Shown: positions 1 to 11,721 of the stretch, piece after piece
Position numbering within the stretch: the stretch's first letter is position 1
Layout: the number at the start of each line of letters is the position of its first letter
Source of the DNA: Candidatus Saccharimonadota bacterium
GTDB lineage: Bacteria > Patescibacteriota > Saccharimonadia > Saccharimonadales > UBA4665
Assembly: GCA_002952755.1 (NCBI GenBank)
Contig: CP025011.1
Location: forward strand, 480,001-512,000
Length of the DNA stretch: 32,000 nt
Reading direction: 5' to 3'
Made by a program: the position numbers and the translations under genes
The notes under the pieces: model-generated
What the model saw: only the letters and a program-made list of their open reading frames with translations
Databases searched by the model: none
What the model was told of the DNA's origin: nothing

Positions 1-80
1 AAATGGCGGCCATATCGCATGTGGGCAACGGTGCTTACACATGTTTGGGCACGGGAGAACCATATTATGCCCGCGCCAAT

Positions 81-554
81 ATGGCGATCGGCAAAAAGGT
101 AATCATGGACCGGCAAACGTATACCAGCCCTAGTCAGAGCCTTGGCTTTTTATTGCACCAAGCTGCCATTGGCTGGCGGCGATCATTGGCGCGCGAGCTG
201 CGACACATCGGGATAACCCCAGTCCAGTTTTTCATACTAGGGTCAACTTCTCGTCTCACGAAGCAAATCGGTGAAGGACCGACACAAAAGGCCATTGCTG
301 AGCATACGCTTATTGATAATAACGTTGTCTCGCAGGTGGTACGACAGCTGGAAAAAAGGGGACTGCTTGTAAGGATACGTGACGATGCTGATAAGCGAGC
401 GTATCGCCTTGCGCTGAACGATGGGGGGCGCCTGAAGCTTCGACAAGCGATTCGGGTAGTATATTCGGTTGATGAGGCATTTTTTGCAGACGTTATGCCC
501 GAGTCAACCTTTCTCCACGCAATTGGCGGGCTTTCCGGTCATAGGATGAATTGA
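81..554 (+). CDS. MarR-family winged-helix transcriptional regulator
   Basis: The ORF is open from the window edge (3..554). It has a MarR-like core: GITPVQFFILGSTSRL...GPTQKAIAEHTLIDNNVVSQVVRQLEKRGLLVRIRDDADKRAYRLALNDGG. I placed the start at ATG 81 (alternative ATG 105) to give a typical ~150-157 aa protein. A longer N-terminus cannot be excluded. Confidence 0.75.
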   Translation: MAIGKKVIMDRQTYTSPSQSLGFLLHQAAIGWRRSLARELRHIGITPVQFFILGSTSRLTKQIGEGPTQKAIAEHTLIDNNVVSQVVRQLEKRGLLVRIRDDADKRAYRLALNDGGRLKLRQAIRVVYSVDEAFFADVMPESTFLHAIGGLSGHRMN

Positions 555-753
555 CAAAGCAGTTAACGCGACTGCCTGCCAAGCGCGTAGCAGCTAGGAG
601 AGTATAGCCCGCTAGTTCTCTCGCTAGAAAATTTATACAAAAACAGCCCCTTAATCTACCGCGATTTTCTTGAAGAGCAGTACCCGAATGTGTAACCCCG
701 ATACCCCAACCTGCTACACTAAACATTAGTAAGCCGGAAAGGAAGGGTGTGGC

Positions 754-1371
754 ATGAGAAAGATAATCATCCAAGAATTTATTACGCTAGACGGAGTTAT
801 GCAGGCTCCTGGCGGGCCAGAGGAAGATACATCGAGCGATTTTAAGTACGGCGGCTGGACCGCCCCTTACTTTGCCGAAGTCGACGAAGCAGCCGCTGAC
901 TTTATGCAGAAATGGATGGAGTCAACGGATATTCTTTTAGGTCAAAAAACTTTTGAGATTTTTGCCGGGTATTGGCCCAAACATGCTGATATGTGGCCAG
1001 GTATCATTGACGTCACCAAATATGTCGTGAGCGATACTATGAGCCAGTCAGATGTAGACAAGGCGGGTTGGAAGAACTCAGTATTGCTTAAGGACGTGGA
1101 CGATATCAAAAACCTCAAAAGTTCGGAAGGATCTACCATAAAAGTCCATGGTAGTGGCAATTTGGCGCAGACGCTATTCAAATATGATCTGGTAGATGAG
1201 CTATGCTTGATGACGTTTCCGATTACGCTTGGGAGGGGGAAGCGTTTGTTTGGGGAGGGCACCATACCTATGGCCTTTACAATGACGGATAGTCTGATTA
1301 CGCCAAACGGCGTGATTTGTGCGTATTACAAGCGTGCTGGAGAAGTTAAGACAGGTACCGTCGGGGCCTAG
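754..1371 (+). CDS. dihydrofolate reductase-like (RibD C-terminal domain) family protein
   Basis: 205 aa. The family pattern is present: IIIQEFITLDGVMQAPGGPEED ... KVHGSGNLAQTL...DEL.LMTFPITLGRGKRLF. A Shine-Dalgarno aaggaagg lies just upstream of the ATG. Confidence 0.8.
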   Translation: MRKIIIQEFITLDGVMQAPGGPEEDTSSDFKYGGWTAPYFAEVDEAAADFMQKWMESTDILLGQKTFEIFAGYWPKHADMWPGIIDVTKYVVSDTMSQSDVDKAGWKNSVLLKDVDDIKNLKSSEGSTIKVHGSGNLAQTLFKYDLVDELCLMTFPITLGRGKRLFGEGTIPMAFTMTDSLITPNGVICAYYKRAGEVKTGTVGA

Positions 1372-1469
1372 AATGTAGCTCCCGACATCCACTGCTCGGA
1401 AAGCATCAGCGCACCACGGTTTTTATCGCACCCGTGTCCTTATTACGGCGGAGATCGGCGCTACGTGCA

Positions 1470-1497
1470 TTGTAGCGCCACAGACACCAGGTATACT
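1470..1497 (+). promoter_or_regulatory. sigma70-like promoter TTGTAG-N16-TATACT ending 6 nt before ATG 1504 (leaderless candidate)
   Basis: Hexamers read directly from the sequence: TTGTAG at 1470..1475 and TATACT at 1492..1497. There is no Shine-Dalgarno between the -10 box and the ATG. Confidence 0.35.
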
Positions 1498-1503
1498 ACA
1501 TAG

Positions 1504-2289
1504 ATGAAGATGCAATACGCGGTACTCGAAGAGCAAGTCGTGTATTTCGATCTGCCGCATACACCTGGGCTCCGCATTAAAGGTATTATGCGGGGCGACC
1601 CTACCAGATCAGTGGCAGTCATGATGCATGGTCGTCCTGGCAGCGGCAACGAACTGCTGCAGTATTTGGGTGCTCGCTATCTAGCAGAGAAGGGTATTGC
1701 GACGCTCAGACTTTTTATGTACGATTTTGAGCCGAATACGCGTAATCTATTCGATTGCACCCTACAAACAAACGCCGACGATTTTGATGCGGTAATTGTC
1801 GCCCTCAGAGGGCGTGGCGCATCGAAAATATTTGGTGTTGGGCACAGTTATGGGGGCCTGACGATCTTAAAATCGCAGGCAAAACTCGATGCTGTGGTGT
1901 TGTGGGACCCGTCGCACGGATCTTGGTGGGCGGATCATGGGCACGCCAAAGATGCCATGTACCCCGAAATTCAGGCCGGCGAGTTCATAATTGGAACCGC
2001 GGGCTATGGCTGGGTGAATAGTGCCGCTGCCATCGCCTATGACAAGCAGCTCGGTGACACTTCCGGCTGGTCAGCTAAGCCTTATCCTATAATGGTGATT
2101 TCCGCAGGCGAAGGCAGGCTGACCGACCTTGGCGCGCAATACATAGCTGCAGCTCACGAGCCAAAACGGCACGTTATAATTCCTGACGCCCATCATAGCT
2201 TTGATGATTCGGACGCGGTGATGTGTCAGCTCTTTGCTGAGACGCACGAATGGCTAAGGCGCTATGATGAGGTCGCTCATAAGGCATAA
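1504..2289 (+). CDS. alpha/beta-fold hydrolase
   Basis: 261 aa. Nucleophile elbow GVGHSYGG (G-x-S-x-G). A late acidic residue and His lie in IIPDAHHSFDD. The size is typical for the family. Confidence 0.75.
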   Translation: MKMQYAVLEEQVVYFDLPHTPGLRIKGIMRGDPTRSVAVMMHGRPGSGNELLQYLGARYLAEKGIATLRLFMYDFEPNTRNLFDCTLQTNADDFDAVIVALRGRGASKIFGVGHSYGGLTILKSQAKLDAVVLWDPSHGSWWADHGHAKDAMYPEIQAGEFIIGTAGYGWVNSAAAIAYDKQLGDTSGWSAKPYPIMVISAGEGRLTDLGAQYIAAAHEPKRHVIIPDAHHSFDDSDAVMCQLFAETHEWLRRYDEVAHKA

Positions 2290-2313
2290 GCTGCGGTTAT
2301 TCGCTGAAAGACA

Positions 2314-3201
2314 CTAGTCTGTAAGTAAGCCGAGGGTAGTCAGTATGTCTGTGGATGCTTGTATGATTTTATTGCGCTGCTTAGGGTATGCTGCTCTCTT
2401 CTTAGTGTTTAACTTACGCAGCTTTGATGCTGCATCGGCTTCGTCATTTAGTTCGCCTAGGACGCTTTGGATGCTTCTCATACCGTCGCCTGCAATTGCA
2501 AGAGGGTGAATGCCGTCTGCGAATGTAGCTTCAGTTTCTCTTTCCAGGTTTACCTTTATTGCACGAGTAGACAGGAATCTGTTGTCGATGCCCATATTCC
2601 AGTCGTGACGGATTTTGTTAGAGCCAGTGTCCGTCCTCACCTGGTGGCGCGCAAAGCTTGGCCACGTATAAATGGGGTCAGATCCCCGCAGCAAGCTGAA
2701 ACGGGCGATAAGCATATGTAAGGCGACTTCATCCCATTCTTCCCATGGCTGCCCTCCGTTAGGATAGGAATTTGCTCTTATATGTCGGGGTGTGCTCAGT
2801 TCGCTGAAATCGTCGAATAAGGTACCCTGGGCGCCAGTGTCTGCTGTGTATCCGGTGGTGGCTTGTCTGAATAAGGGCACAAAAGCTTCTAGCACGGCGG
2901 CTTTCAACTGCAGACGGCCTAGTGCGATGGTGGTGGACTTGGGTTGTTGCAAGCCTCGGAGCCTGGAATCGGCTTCGTCGAGTAAAACGGGTGCAGCCCC
3001 TTGGTTTTCCGGATTAGTCGCAGCCTCTATAAGCGCGTTAGCAAGCAACCATTGAGCCGGGATGGTCGGTTCGTCGGCTTTGCGAAGTGTATTTATAGCG
3101 GCATTGAGCTGATCTGTGCTTACCTCGTGGTGACCAAGCGCCAGGTAAGGATCGTCTTGAGGGGAAGGAAGGATGTCGGAATACGCCATGTCTTTTATCA
3201 T
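2314..3201 (-). CDS. hypothetical protein (295 aa), no domain recognised
   Basis: This is the longest ORF in the region, and the opposite-strand ORFs look like shadows. No motif recognised. An alternative start is ATG at 3189. Confidence 0.55.
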   Translation of the reverse strand: MIKDMAYSDILPSPQDDPYLALGHHEVSTDQLNAAINTLRKADEPTIPAQWLLANALIEAATNPENQGAAPVLLDEADSRLRGLQQPKSTTIALGRLQLKAAVLEAFVPLFRQATTGYTADTGAQGTLFDDFSELSTPRHIRANSYPNGGQPWEEWDEVALHMLIARFSLLRGSDPIYTWPSFARHQVRTDTGSNKIRHDWNMGIDNRFLSTRAIKVNLERETEATFADGIHPLAIAGDGMRSIQSVLGELNDEADAASKLRKLNTKKRAAYPKQRNKIIQASTDILTTLGLLTD

Positions 3202-3470
3202 AGCAGATGAGTTTTATTCGTCCGAAGTCCACCTCTTCCTTGTCTTACCGGACTCGATTCGGTGTCCAGCCGCCCCGGGTTGGCGGAGGAGAGGAGTATT
3301 CATTAGGTAGAACTGTTTACGGTACTCGCTCGGAGGAAGGTGAGATCAATATTTTTTCTGCGCTGAAGGGATGTGTTGCATTATTTTGAGAGCAGTTATA
3401 GCAGTGGCAATGTTGCCCGTATGGTGGGTTGAGATCGCCACGACAACATGGTTAGGGCTGCTTTAAGGCC

Positions 3471-3499
3471 TTGGCGAACGGGGTAGCATCTGTTATGAT
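3471..3499 (+). promoter_or_regulatory. candidate tRNA-Val promoter TTGGCG-N17-TATGAT with TGn extended -10
   Basis: TTGGCG at 3471..3476, TGT at 3491..3493 and TATGAT at 3494..3499. The mature tRNA 5' end at 3517 is ~18 nt downstream. Confidence 0.4.
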
Positions 3500-3516
3500 A
3501 GTTTCTGTCCATTAGG

Positions 3517-3593
3517 GGGCGCTTAGCTCAGTTGGCTAGAGCACCTCGTTTACACCGAGGGGGTCGGGGGTTCGAGCCCCTCAGCGCCCACCA
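3517..3593 (+). tRNA. tRNA-Val (anticodon TAC), CCA encoded
   Basis: Cloverleaf folded by hand. Acceptor GGGCGCT/AGCGCCC, D arm GCTC/GAGC, anticodon stem CCTCG/CGAGG with loop TTTACAC, T arm GGGGG-TTCGAGC-CCCTC, discriminator A plus CCA. 77 nt. Confidence 0.9.
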
Positions 3594-3633
3594 AAGAAAA
3601 AATCCATCCGCGAAAGATGGATTTTTTCTTTGG
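3591..3633. terminator. bidirectional rho-independent terminator (perfect 18-bp palindrome arms)
   Basis: CCAAAGAAAAAATCCATC-cgcgaaa-GATGGATTTTTTCTTTGG. The stem is followed by a T-run on both strands. It sits between the convergent tRNA-Val (+) and the DD-carboxypeptidase gene (-). Confidence 0.7.
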
Positions 3634-3650
3634 TGGGGAACTTTTAATAA

Positions 3651-4850
3651 TTAATGTCTCGTAATACGCCACCAGAGGCTAGGGCCGGGTACGGCCGACT
3701 TTGTAGCGAGCGTAACCTCGTGAGTGTGTCCATCGGCGGTAACGGTGAGCGTACCGAGCTTATCACCACTCTTGAGGGCATGATTGACGGTGCCGAGTTT
3801 GGCTTGAGCGGTCAAGTCGTCGCCATTCCAGTGAATAAAGTTGATATTGTCTTGGGCGACCGCTGTTACACTGCCACCCCACGGTAAAGTGTAAGATCCG
3901 ATAGTCTCGCCTTTTGTAACGGGAGTGACGGGTGAGAAGGTCGCGGCAACTGAATCGATGAGCGCTGCGCTACTGGAAAGTGCCGAGGTGAGGTCGGCGG
4001 TGCCCATAACGGCGCCTACTAGCGTAACCGTGGAGTCGCCTATCTGCTGTTTGCTCGCGAACAAGAAGCAGCCTCCGGCTTCGTCAGAGTTGCCGGTTTT
4101 GATGCCGATAACACCATGGCTACCGAGCAGCCAATCGACATTATGGACAGTACCTACTATCGGTAATGTTGCGCTGCTCTGGGAAACGATCTGCGTCAAC
4201 ACCGGGTTATTGAGCACCGCTGTACCAAGCTTGATGAGGTCGCTTGGGGTACTCAAGGTGTCTGGCGATAGCCCACTGGCATCAGATCCAATAATGGTGT
4301 TCGTTGCGCCAAGTGATTGCAGCATTTGCGTGGCGTAGCTTCGATAGTTAGAAAACGAGCCGAACACCCAAGTAGCTAAACTATCGGCAATATTGTTGGC
4401 AGACGGAAGCATCAGCGCTTCTAAGGCCTGATATTCGGTTAGCCGCTCGCCTTCGCTTACAACGACAACCGAGCCATCTTTGGCAACGTAATCGTTATAG
4501 CGTGCAACGTCGTCAGCGGTTACGGTGTAAGTCGAGCCTTGACTGCCGGGTGAGAGTGGGTCTTTTTGGAGCACTGCCAAGCTAGTGATTATTTTTGCCA
4601 CACTGGCTGTAGGTAGCTGCCGTGTCCCGCCATATGTTGCTAAAGTACCGTACCCAATACCTGCCACCGAGGCTTCACCTTTAGTTGGCCAGTTAAAGAT
4701 GGCTGAGCCGCTGCTATGGGGCAATGTCTTGATGTTGGCAGCAATTGCTGGGATCGGCCGGACGGCGTTATCAATACCTATGCCGATGACTGTCAATAAG
4801 ACCAAAGACAGTACGCCCGCAATGATTCGGGATCTTTTGCTTTCCTGCAT
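3651..4850 (-). CDS. D-alanyl-D-alanine carboxypeptidase (peptidase S11 / low-MW PBP), N-terminally membrane anchored
   Basis: All three PBP motifs are present: SxxK (ASVAK), SxN (PSANN) and KTG (GIKTGNS). I placed the start at ATG 4850 (MQESKRSRIIAGVLSLVLLTVIG..., a TM anchor) rather than the ORF maximum at 5027, because the longer version would overlap the upstream gene and adds a non-protein-like Arg/Pro-rich extension. Confidence 0.85.
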   Translation of the reverse strand: MQESKRSRIIAGVLSLVLLTVIGIGIDNAVRPIPAIAANIKTLPHSSGSAIFNWPTKGEASVAGIGYGTLATYGGTRQLPTASVAKIITSLAVLQKDPLSPGSQGSTYTVTADDVARYNDYVAKDGSVVVVSEGERLTEYQALEALMLPSANNIADSLATWVFGSFSNYRSYATQMLQSLGATNTIIGSDASGLSPDTLSTPSDLIKLGTAVLNNPVLTQIVSQSSATLPIVGTVHNVDWLLGSHGVIGIKTGNSDEAGGCFLFASKQQIGDSTVTLVGAVMGTADLTSALSSSAALIDSVAATFSPVTPVTKGETIGSYTLPWGGSVTAVAQDNINFIHWNGDDLTAQAKLGTVNHALKSGDKLGTLTVTADGHTHEVTLATKSAVPGPSLWWRITRH

Positions 4851-4873
4851 GAGGCCAGTATAGCACTCCAGTG

Positions 4874-5368
4874 TCACCCCAATGCGGCAAGTGCGCCATC
4901 GTAGGCGGTATGCCATTCGCCATATACGGCCAGGAGGCCGCCCTGCCGCAGGTGTGTCAGGCAAGCTGCGAGTTCGACTGGGGTGATAGTGGTCGTGAGG
5001 TAGATAGTTGTATAGGGTGCGCGACACGCTTTTACACCTGCAGCGGTAGCAAAAAGAGCGTCGGCGTTGTAGGCCAGGCGCTCTTTGCTTGTAAAGCGGG
5101 ATTCATGCAAATGCGCGATTTCCTTAGCAAAACTGTCACGCTTACGACGATCGAGGGTTCGTGAACGCTGCGTTTCGATGTCATGCAATAATTTCATCCA
5201 GCGTTTCCTGATCACTGAGAGTAATATAGCTGGATGATCGGTGATTACCAGCGCTGGGCCGATGCTCAAGCGGCGCGGCAGATGTTGGGCCAAATCGAAA
5301 CTCATCAGGTCGCTCGTTTTGGCGCTGCGCACGTCAATATACCACCGGCTGATAAGGTCGGTCTTCAT
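4874..5368 (-). CDS. hypothetical protein (164 aa)
   Basis: ORF with a 4-nt overlap (ATGA) with the upstream 78-aa gene and 23 nt from the DD-carboxypeptidase start. No motif recognised. Confidence 0.6.
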   Translation of the reverse strand: MKTDLISRWYIDVRSAKTSDLMSFDLAQHLPRRLSIGPALVITDHPAILLSVIRKRWMKLLHDIETQRSRTLDRRKRDSFAKEIAHLHESRFTSKERLAYNADALFATAAGVKACRAPYTTIYLTTTITPVELAACLTHLRQGGLLAVYGEWHTAYDGALAALG

Positions 5369-5601
5369 GCGACGCTGCTCCCTAGATTATGCTCATGTTG
5401 CTCCTGCTGTTCGGCATCGAATGCCAGCCAAGCTAGGACCCAGCGCAAGCGCTCGTGTATATGTCCGTTGCAGGCAAACGCCTGGCGCCCATCAGCATAT
5501 AACGAGCCAGCAGTTACTGACACGAGCGGAACTGTCTGCAGACAGATAACACACTGGGCCTCGGCAATGGGTTGATGGGGAGGTGGTGTGCTGTCGGTCA
5601 T
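5365..5601 (-). CDS. small Cys/His-containing protein (78 aa), possible zinc-ribbon-like
   Basis: CVIC...(25 aa)...CNGH spacing. I placed the start at ATG 5601 because the longer ORF (to 5649) would begin inside the terminator-like hairpin at 5639..5715. The stop overlaps the next gene's start. Confidence 0.5.
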   Translation of the reverse strand: MTDSTPPPHQPIAEAQCVICLQTVPLVSVTAGSLYADGRQAFACNGHIHERLRWVLAWLAFDAEQQEQHEHNLGSSVA

Positions 5602-5631
5602 GCAGTCGGTTCCGGTAAGTGACAGTAATAG

Positions 5632-5754
5632 AGGGCAAAAAAAGAGCAATCATTGGTAGGTTGTCTACACCCGTAACAACAAGATAAACCCGTTGTATCA
5701 ATGATTGCTCTTTTTAGGGGTCTAAATAATTTTGTTACGCAGTGGTGTAGACAA
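5632..5754 (-). promoter_or_regulatory. structured leader or ~120-nt sRNA candidate: 17-bp hairpin plus U7 tract, with a long-range 11-nt complementarity
   Basis: Perfect inverted repeat AAAAAGAGCAATCATTG (5639..5655) / CAATGATTGCTCTTTTT (5699..5715), with a 43-nt loop. On the minus strand it is followed by TTTTTTT. GGTGTAGACAA at 5744..5754 is the reverse complement of 5661..5671, which lies inside the loop. Confidence 0.45.
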
Positions 5755-5759
5755 AAGGA

Positions 5760-5788
5760 AGTATACCGCGCTCTACATAAAAGTGCAA
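5760..5788 (-). promoter_or_regulatory. minus-strand sigma70-like promoter TTGCAC-N17-TATACT
   Basis: Read on the minus strand: TTGCAC (5788..5783), a 17-nt spacer, then TATACT (5765..5760). The predicted TSS near 5753 coincides with the start of the 11-nt complementary segment. Confidence 0.45.
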
Positions 5789-5885
5789 GTACTTTTCTTA
5801 TTTTTCGTATCAGAGGTGGCGCAATAAAAGTGTGTCAAACATGCTTTTGTTGTATACTAAAATGAGCAAATAGAAGGAGTGATAG

Positions 5886-6446
5886 ATGATTTGGATTATT
5901 GTCGGCATTGTAGTGCTGCTCATAATTGTTGTTGCCGCGATGTATAACGGTCTAGTGCGCTTAAACCAACAAGCGGACGAAGCTTGGAGTGACATTACAG
6001 TGCAGCTCAAGCGTCGGGTTGACCTGATCCCTAACCTGGTAGAAACAGTCAAAGGCTACGCGACACACGAAAAGACCGTTTTTGAAGACGTCACTAAGGC
6101 TCGCGCTCAGGTTGTAAACGCGCAAGGCCCTGCGGATGCCGCTAAGGCCGAGAATCAGTTTGAGCAGACCCTTAAAAGCTTGTTTGCGGTCGCTGAAGCC
6201 TATCCGCAGCTGAAGGCTAGCGACAATTTCCAGCAGCTTTCTGGTGAGCTTACTGACACCGAAGACAAGATTATGGCTTCTCGCCGTTTTTACAACGGTG
6301 TCGTACGTGACTTTAATACCAAACGCAAAGTATTCCCTACGAGCATTTTTGCTAACATGCTCGGCTTTAAGAAGGACAAAGAATTCTTTGAACTTGCTGC
6401 CGACGACCAAGCTGCTGCCGAGAAGCCCGTCGCCGTAAAGTTCTAG
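5886..6446 (+). CDS. lemA: LemA family protein
   Basis: N-terminal TM helix followed by YNGLVRLNQQADEAWSDITVQLKRRVDLIPNLVETVKGYATHEKTVFEDVTKARA, a typical LemA sequence. Shine-Dalgarno aaggag upstream. Confidence 0.9.
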   Translation: MIWIIVGIVVLLIIVVAAMYNGLVRLNQQADEAWSDITVQLKRRVDLIPNLVETVKGYATHEKTVFEDVTKARAQVVNAQGPADAAKAENQFEQTLKSLFAVAEAYPQLKASDNFQQLSGELTDTEDKIMASRRFYNGVVRDFNTKRKVFPTSIFANMLGFKKDKEFFELAADDQAAAEKPVAVKF

Positions 6447-6517
6447 GCATTCAGAATAGGGTAATGTAATTCCTATCTCCAGGTGGTGCTGGGGATTCAG
6501 AATAAGAATAGATATAT

Positions 6518-7390
6518 ATGTACAGCAATATAGCCAGCAATAAGCGCCGTTCGGCTGTTATGATACTGCTGTTTTTGCTGTTGGCAGCCGTCGTCGCCTG
6601 GATTTTTGACAAATATAGCGGATCTTTAGGATTTACCGTTGTGGTACTGGCTTTTGCCGCCAGTTATGCTATTTTTGGCTATTTTGCCGGTGGCAGCATG
6701 AGTTTGGCGATTAATGGTGCGCAGGAAATTGAGAAGAAAGACAATCCACGGCTGTGGCGGATAGTGGAAAATTTGGCAATTACCGATGGACTGCCAATGC
6801 CCCGCGTGTTTATCATGAATGATCCTGCACCGAACGCTTTTGCTACAGGGCGCGACCCCAGGCACGCGGCTGTGGCGGTCACGCAAGGTCTGCTTGATAT
6901 TATGAACGACGATGAGTTGCAAGGGGTAGTAGCGCACGAACTAGGACACATCAAAAATTATGACATTCGCGTGGCGATGTTAGCTTTTGCGCTCACTGCT
7001 GTTATATCAATCATTGCTGACATTATTTTGCGCATGGTGTGGTTTCGGGATGATGAGCGGGAAAATAATCAGGTATTTGTCGTGCTGGGTATCGCGGCAG
7101 CGATTTTGGCGCCCTTGGTCGCCACGTGTATTCAGCTAGCGGTTTCCAGACAGCGTGAGTATCTGGCTGACGCTACCGGTGCGCTCACCACTCGCTATCC
7201 GGATGGGCTGGCCAGTGCGCTGGAGAAGATTCAGCAAACCGGGAGCGCTCTGAAGCGTCAAAATACTGCCACTGCTCACTTCTTTTTCGCCAATCCACTC
7301 AAAGGGCATAGCATCACGAATTTATTTAGTACCCACCCACCAATCGACCAGCGCATTGCGCGCCTCCGCTCTATGAACACGCACGCCTAA
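6518..7390 (+). CDS. htpX: HtpX-like M48 zinc metalloprotease
   Basis: HELGH zinc motif in VVAHELGHIKNYD, the downstream REYLAD glutamate motif and four TM segments. The lemA-htpX pairing is common. Confidence 0.9.
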   Translation: MYSNIASNKRRSAVMILLFLLLAAVVAWIFDKYSGSLGFTVVVLAFAASYAIFGYFAGGSMSLAINGAQEIEKKDNPRLWRIVENLAITDGLPMPRVFIMNDPAPNAFATGRDPRHAAVAVTQGLLDIMNDDELQGVVAHELGHIKNYDIRVAMLAFALTAVISIIADIILRMVWFRDDERENNQVFVVLGIAAAILAPLVATCIQLAVSRQREYLADATGALTTRYPDGLASALEKIQQTGSALKRQNTATAHFFFANPLKGHSITNLFSTHPPIDQRIARLRSMNTHA

Positions 7391-7421
7391 AGAAGAGCGC
7401 ATGCTACACTAAAATAGACGT

Positions 7422-10445
<3,024 letters not shown>

Positions 10446-10447
<2 letters not shown>

Positions 10448-10552
10448 GGCGCCTTGCCTCACTCCCCAAGTAGAGTCAGGCATAGTGCAGCCAGACCGGT
10501 GTAAGCCGGCCTGCGTGTAACGCTCTACTTAGGGAGTGAGGCAAGGCGCCCT
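10446..10552. repeat. long inverted repeat (30-nt arms, 1 mismatch, 47-nt spacer) overlapping the ligA stop codon
   Basis: Left arm AGGGCGCCTTGCCTCACTCCCCAAGTAGAG (10446..10475). Right arm CTCTACTTAGGGAGTGAGGCAAGGCGCCCT (10523..10552). The spacer contains a CCGG-tgtaag-CCGG sub-hairpin. No T-run follows. Confidence 0.8.
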
Positions 10553-10644
10553 CCGCTATCGTAGGAACGTTGCCAGTACTTCTAGGGAGAGTTTCTCGCT
10601 ATCGGGGATGAAATTCCGTATACTTAGCACAAGAGGTAACGACA

Positions 10645-11574
10645 ATGATTAAGTACTATTTTAAGAGTTTGCGTAGCGAGCGTATGCAGGAGTTGGCTAC
10701 GTACAAACCCGGCTCTTGGGTGTATGTGGAGGCGCCGTCACACAACGAGATCGACATATTAGTCCAGAAGTTTGGTTTAACGGCAGGGCACCTGGAAGAC
10801 GCGCTTGACGAAGATGAAATGCCCCGTCTGGAAAAAGAAGGCGAACAGAGCTATATCTTTGTACGCTTTGCCTATAAAGAGCCCGATGGTACGCTGGCCA
10901 CCACGCCGTTGCTATTCATATTCAGCGGTGATTTAGTGGTAACCGTTGCACAGGTCCCGGTGCCTTCGCTCGATCTGTTTTTGAGCGGCAGGATTGCCTT
11001 TGCTACCACCCAGCGCGCCAAGCTTATCCTGCTCATTTTGCAGCAAGTAGTTGATCGTTACGACGTGTTTATTGCTACCACGAGCAAACAGATTAAGATG
11101 ATCCGTTCGCGCCTGCGCGGGCACGAGATTACCAATCAGGATTTTATCGACTTTGTGGTGATCGAAGATGAGCTGAATGAGTTCTTAAGCTCGCTGATGC
11201 CCACCAACGCTACTCTGCGGCGCCTGCTGCTCGGACGTTACATGCCGCTATTTACTGAAGATCAGGACATTGTAGAAGACTTGCTGCTCAACAACGAACA
11301 ATCCATCGAGGCTTGCAACAGCAACATGCAGTCGATCATTCACATCCGCGACGCCTATACCAGCATCAGTTCCAACAATTTGAACCGTACCATGAAGGTG
11401 CTCACGGCCGCTACGGTTATCATCGCTTTGCCCAATGTGTTTTATAGTATGTATGGCATGAATGTACCATTGCCCTTCCAGCATGAGCCTTGGATCTACG
11501 GGGTAATGAACGCCGGCATCGTGGTGCTTATCCTTTCCATAGTTGCCTTCGCTAGGCGTAAGCGGATTTTCTAG
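10645..11574 (+). CDS. corA: CorA-family magnesium/cobalt transporter
   Basis: 309 aa. YGMNV (GMN signature) lies between two C-terminal TM helices, with a large N-terminal cytoplasmic domain. Confidence 0.9.
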   Translation: MIKYYFKSLRSERMQELATYKPGSWVYVEAPSHNEIDILVQKFGLTAGHLEDALDEDEMPRLEKEGEQSYIFVRFAYKEPDGTLATTPLLFIFSGDLVVTVAQVPVPSLDLFLSGRIAFATTQRAKLILLILQQVVDRYDVFIATTSKQIKMIRSRLRGHEITNQDFIDFVVIEDELNEFLSSLMPTNATLRRLLLGRYMPLFTEDQDIVEDLLLNNEQSIEACNSNMQSIIHIRDAYTSISSNNLNRTMKVLTAATVIIALPNVFYSMYGMNVPLPFQHEPWIYGVMNAGIVVLILSIVAFARRKRIF

Positions 11575-11644
11575 CTAGTCTTTTCTTTTGCGCGCCAATC
11601 TGTTAAAATCCTCATTTGTAACCCTAGCTTGCGGATCTGCAAAT

Positions 11645-11721
11645 GGGGCATTAGCTCAGTTGGCTAGAGCGCCTGCATGGCATGCAGGAGGTCAGGAGTT
11701 CGAGTCTCCTATGCTCCACCA
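11645..11721 (+). tRNA. tRNA-Ala (anticodon GGC), CCA encoded
   Basis: Hand-folded cloverleaf. Acceptor GGGGCAT/ATGCTCC with the G3:U70 Ala identity pair, anticodon stem CCTGC/GCAGG with loop ATGGCAT, and T arm AGGAG-TTCGAGT-CTCCT. 77 nt. Confidence 0.9.

Noticed and set aside
4851-5027. A 59-codon N-terminal extension of the DD-carboxypeptidase ORF (ORF track 3651..5027).
   Set aside because: The extension overlaps the 3' end of the upstream gene (4874..5368) in another frame and is Arg/Pro/Tyr-rich and not protein-like. The internal ATG at 4850 gives a standard basic N-terminus plus a TM anchor.
10448-10644. An M-box (Mg2+) riboswitch upstream of corA. The sequence UUAGGGAGUGAGGCAAGG vaguely resembles the M-box 5' GUUAGGUGAGGC.
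   Set aside because: The motif is simply one arm of a plain 30-bp inverted repeat. The multi-helix M-box architecture and its other conserved blocks (e.g. CAGUGCUAAA...ACGA) are absent.
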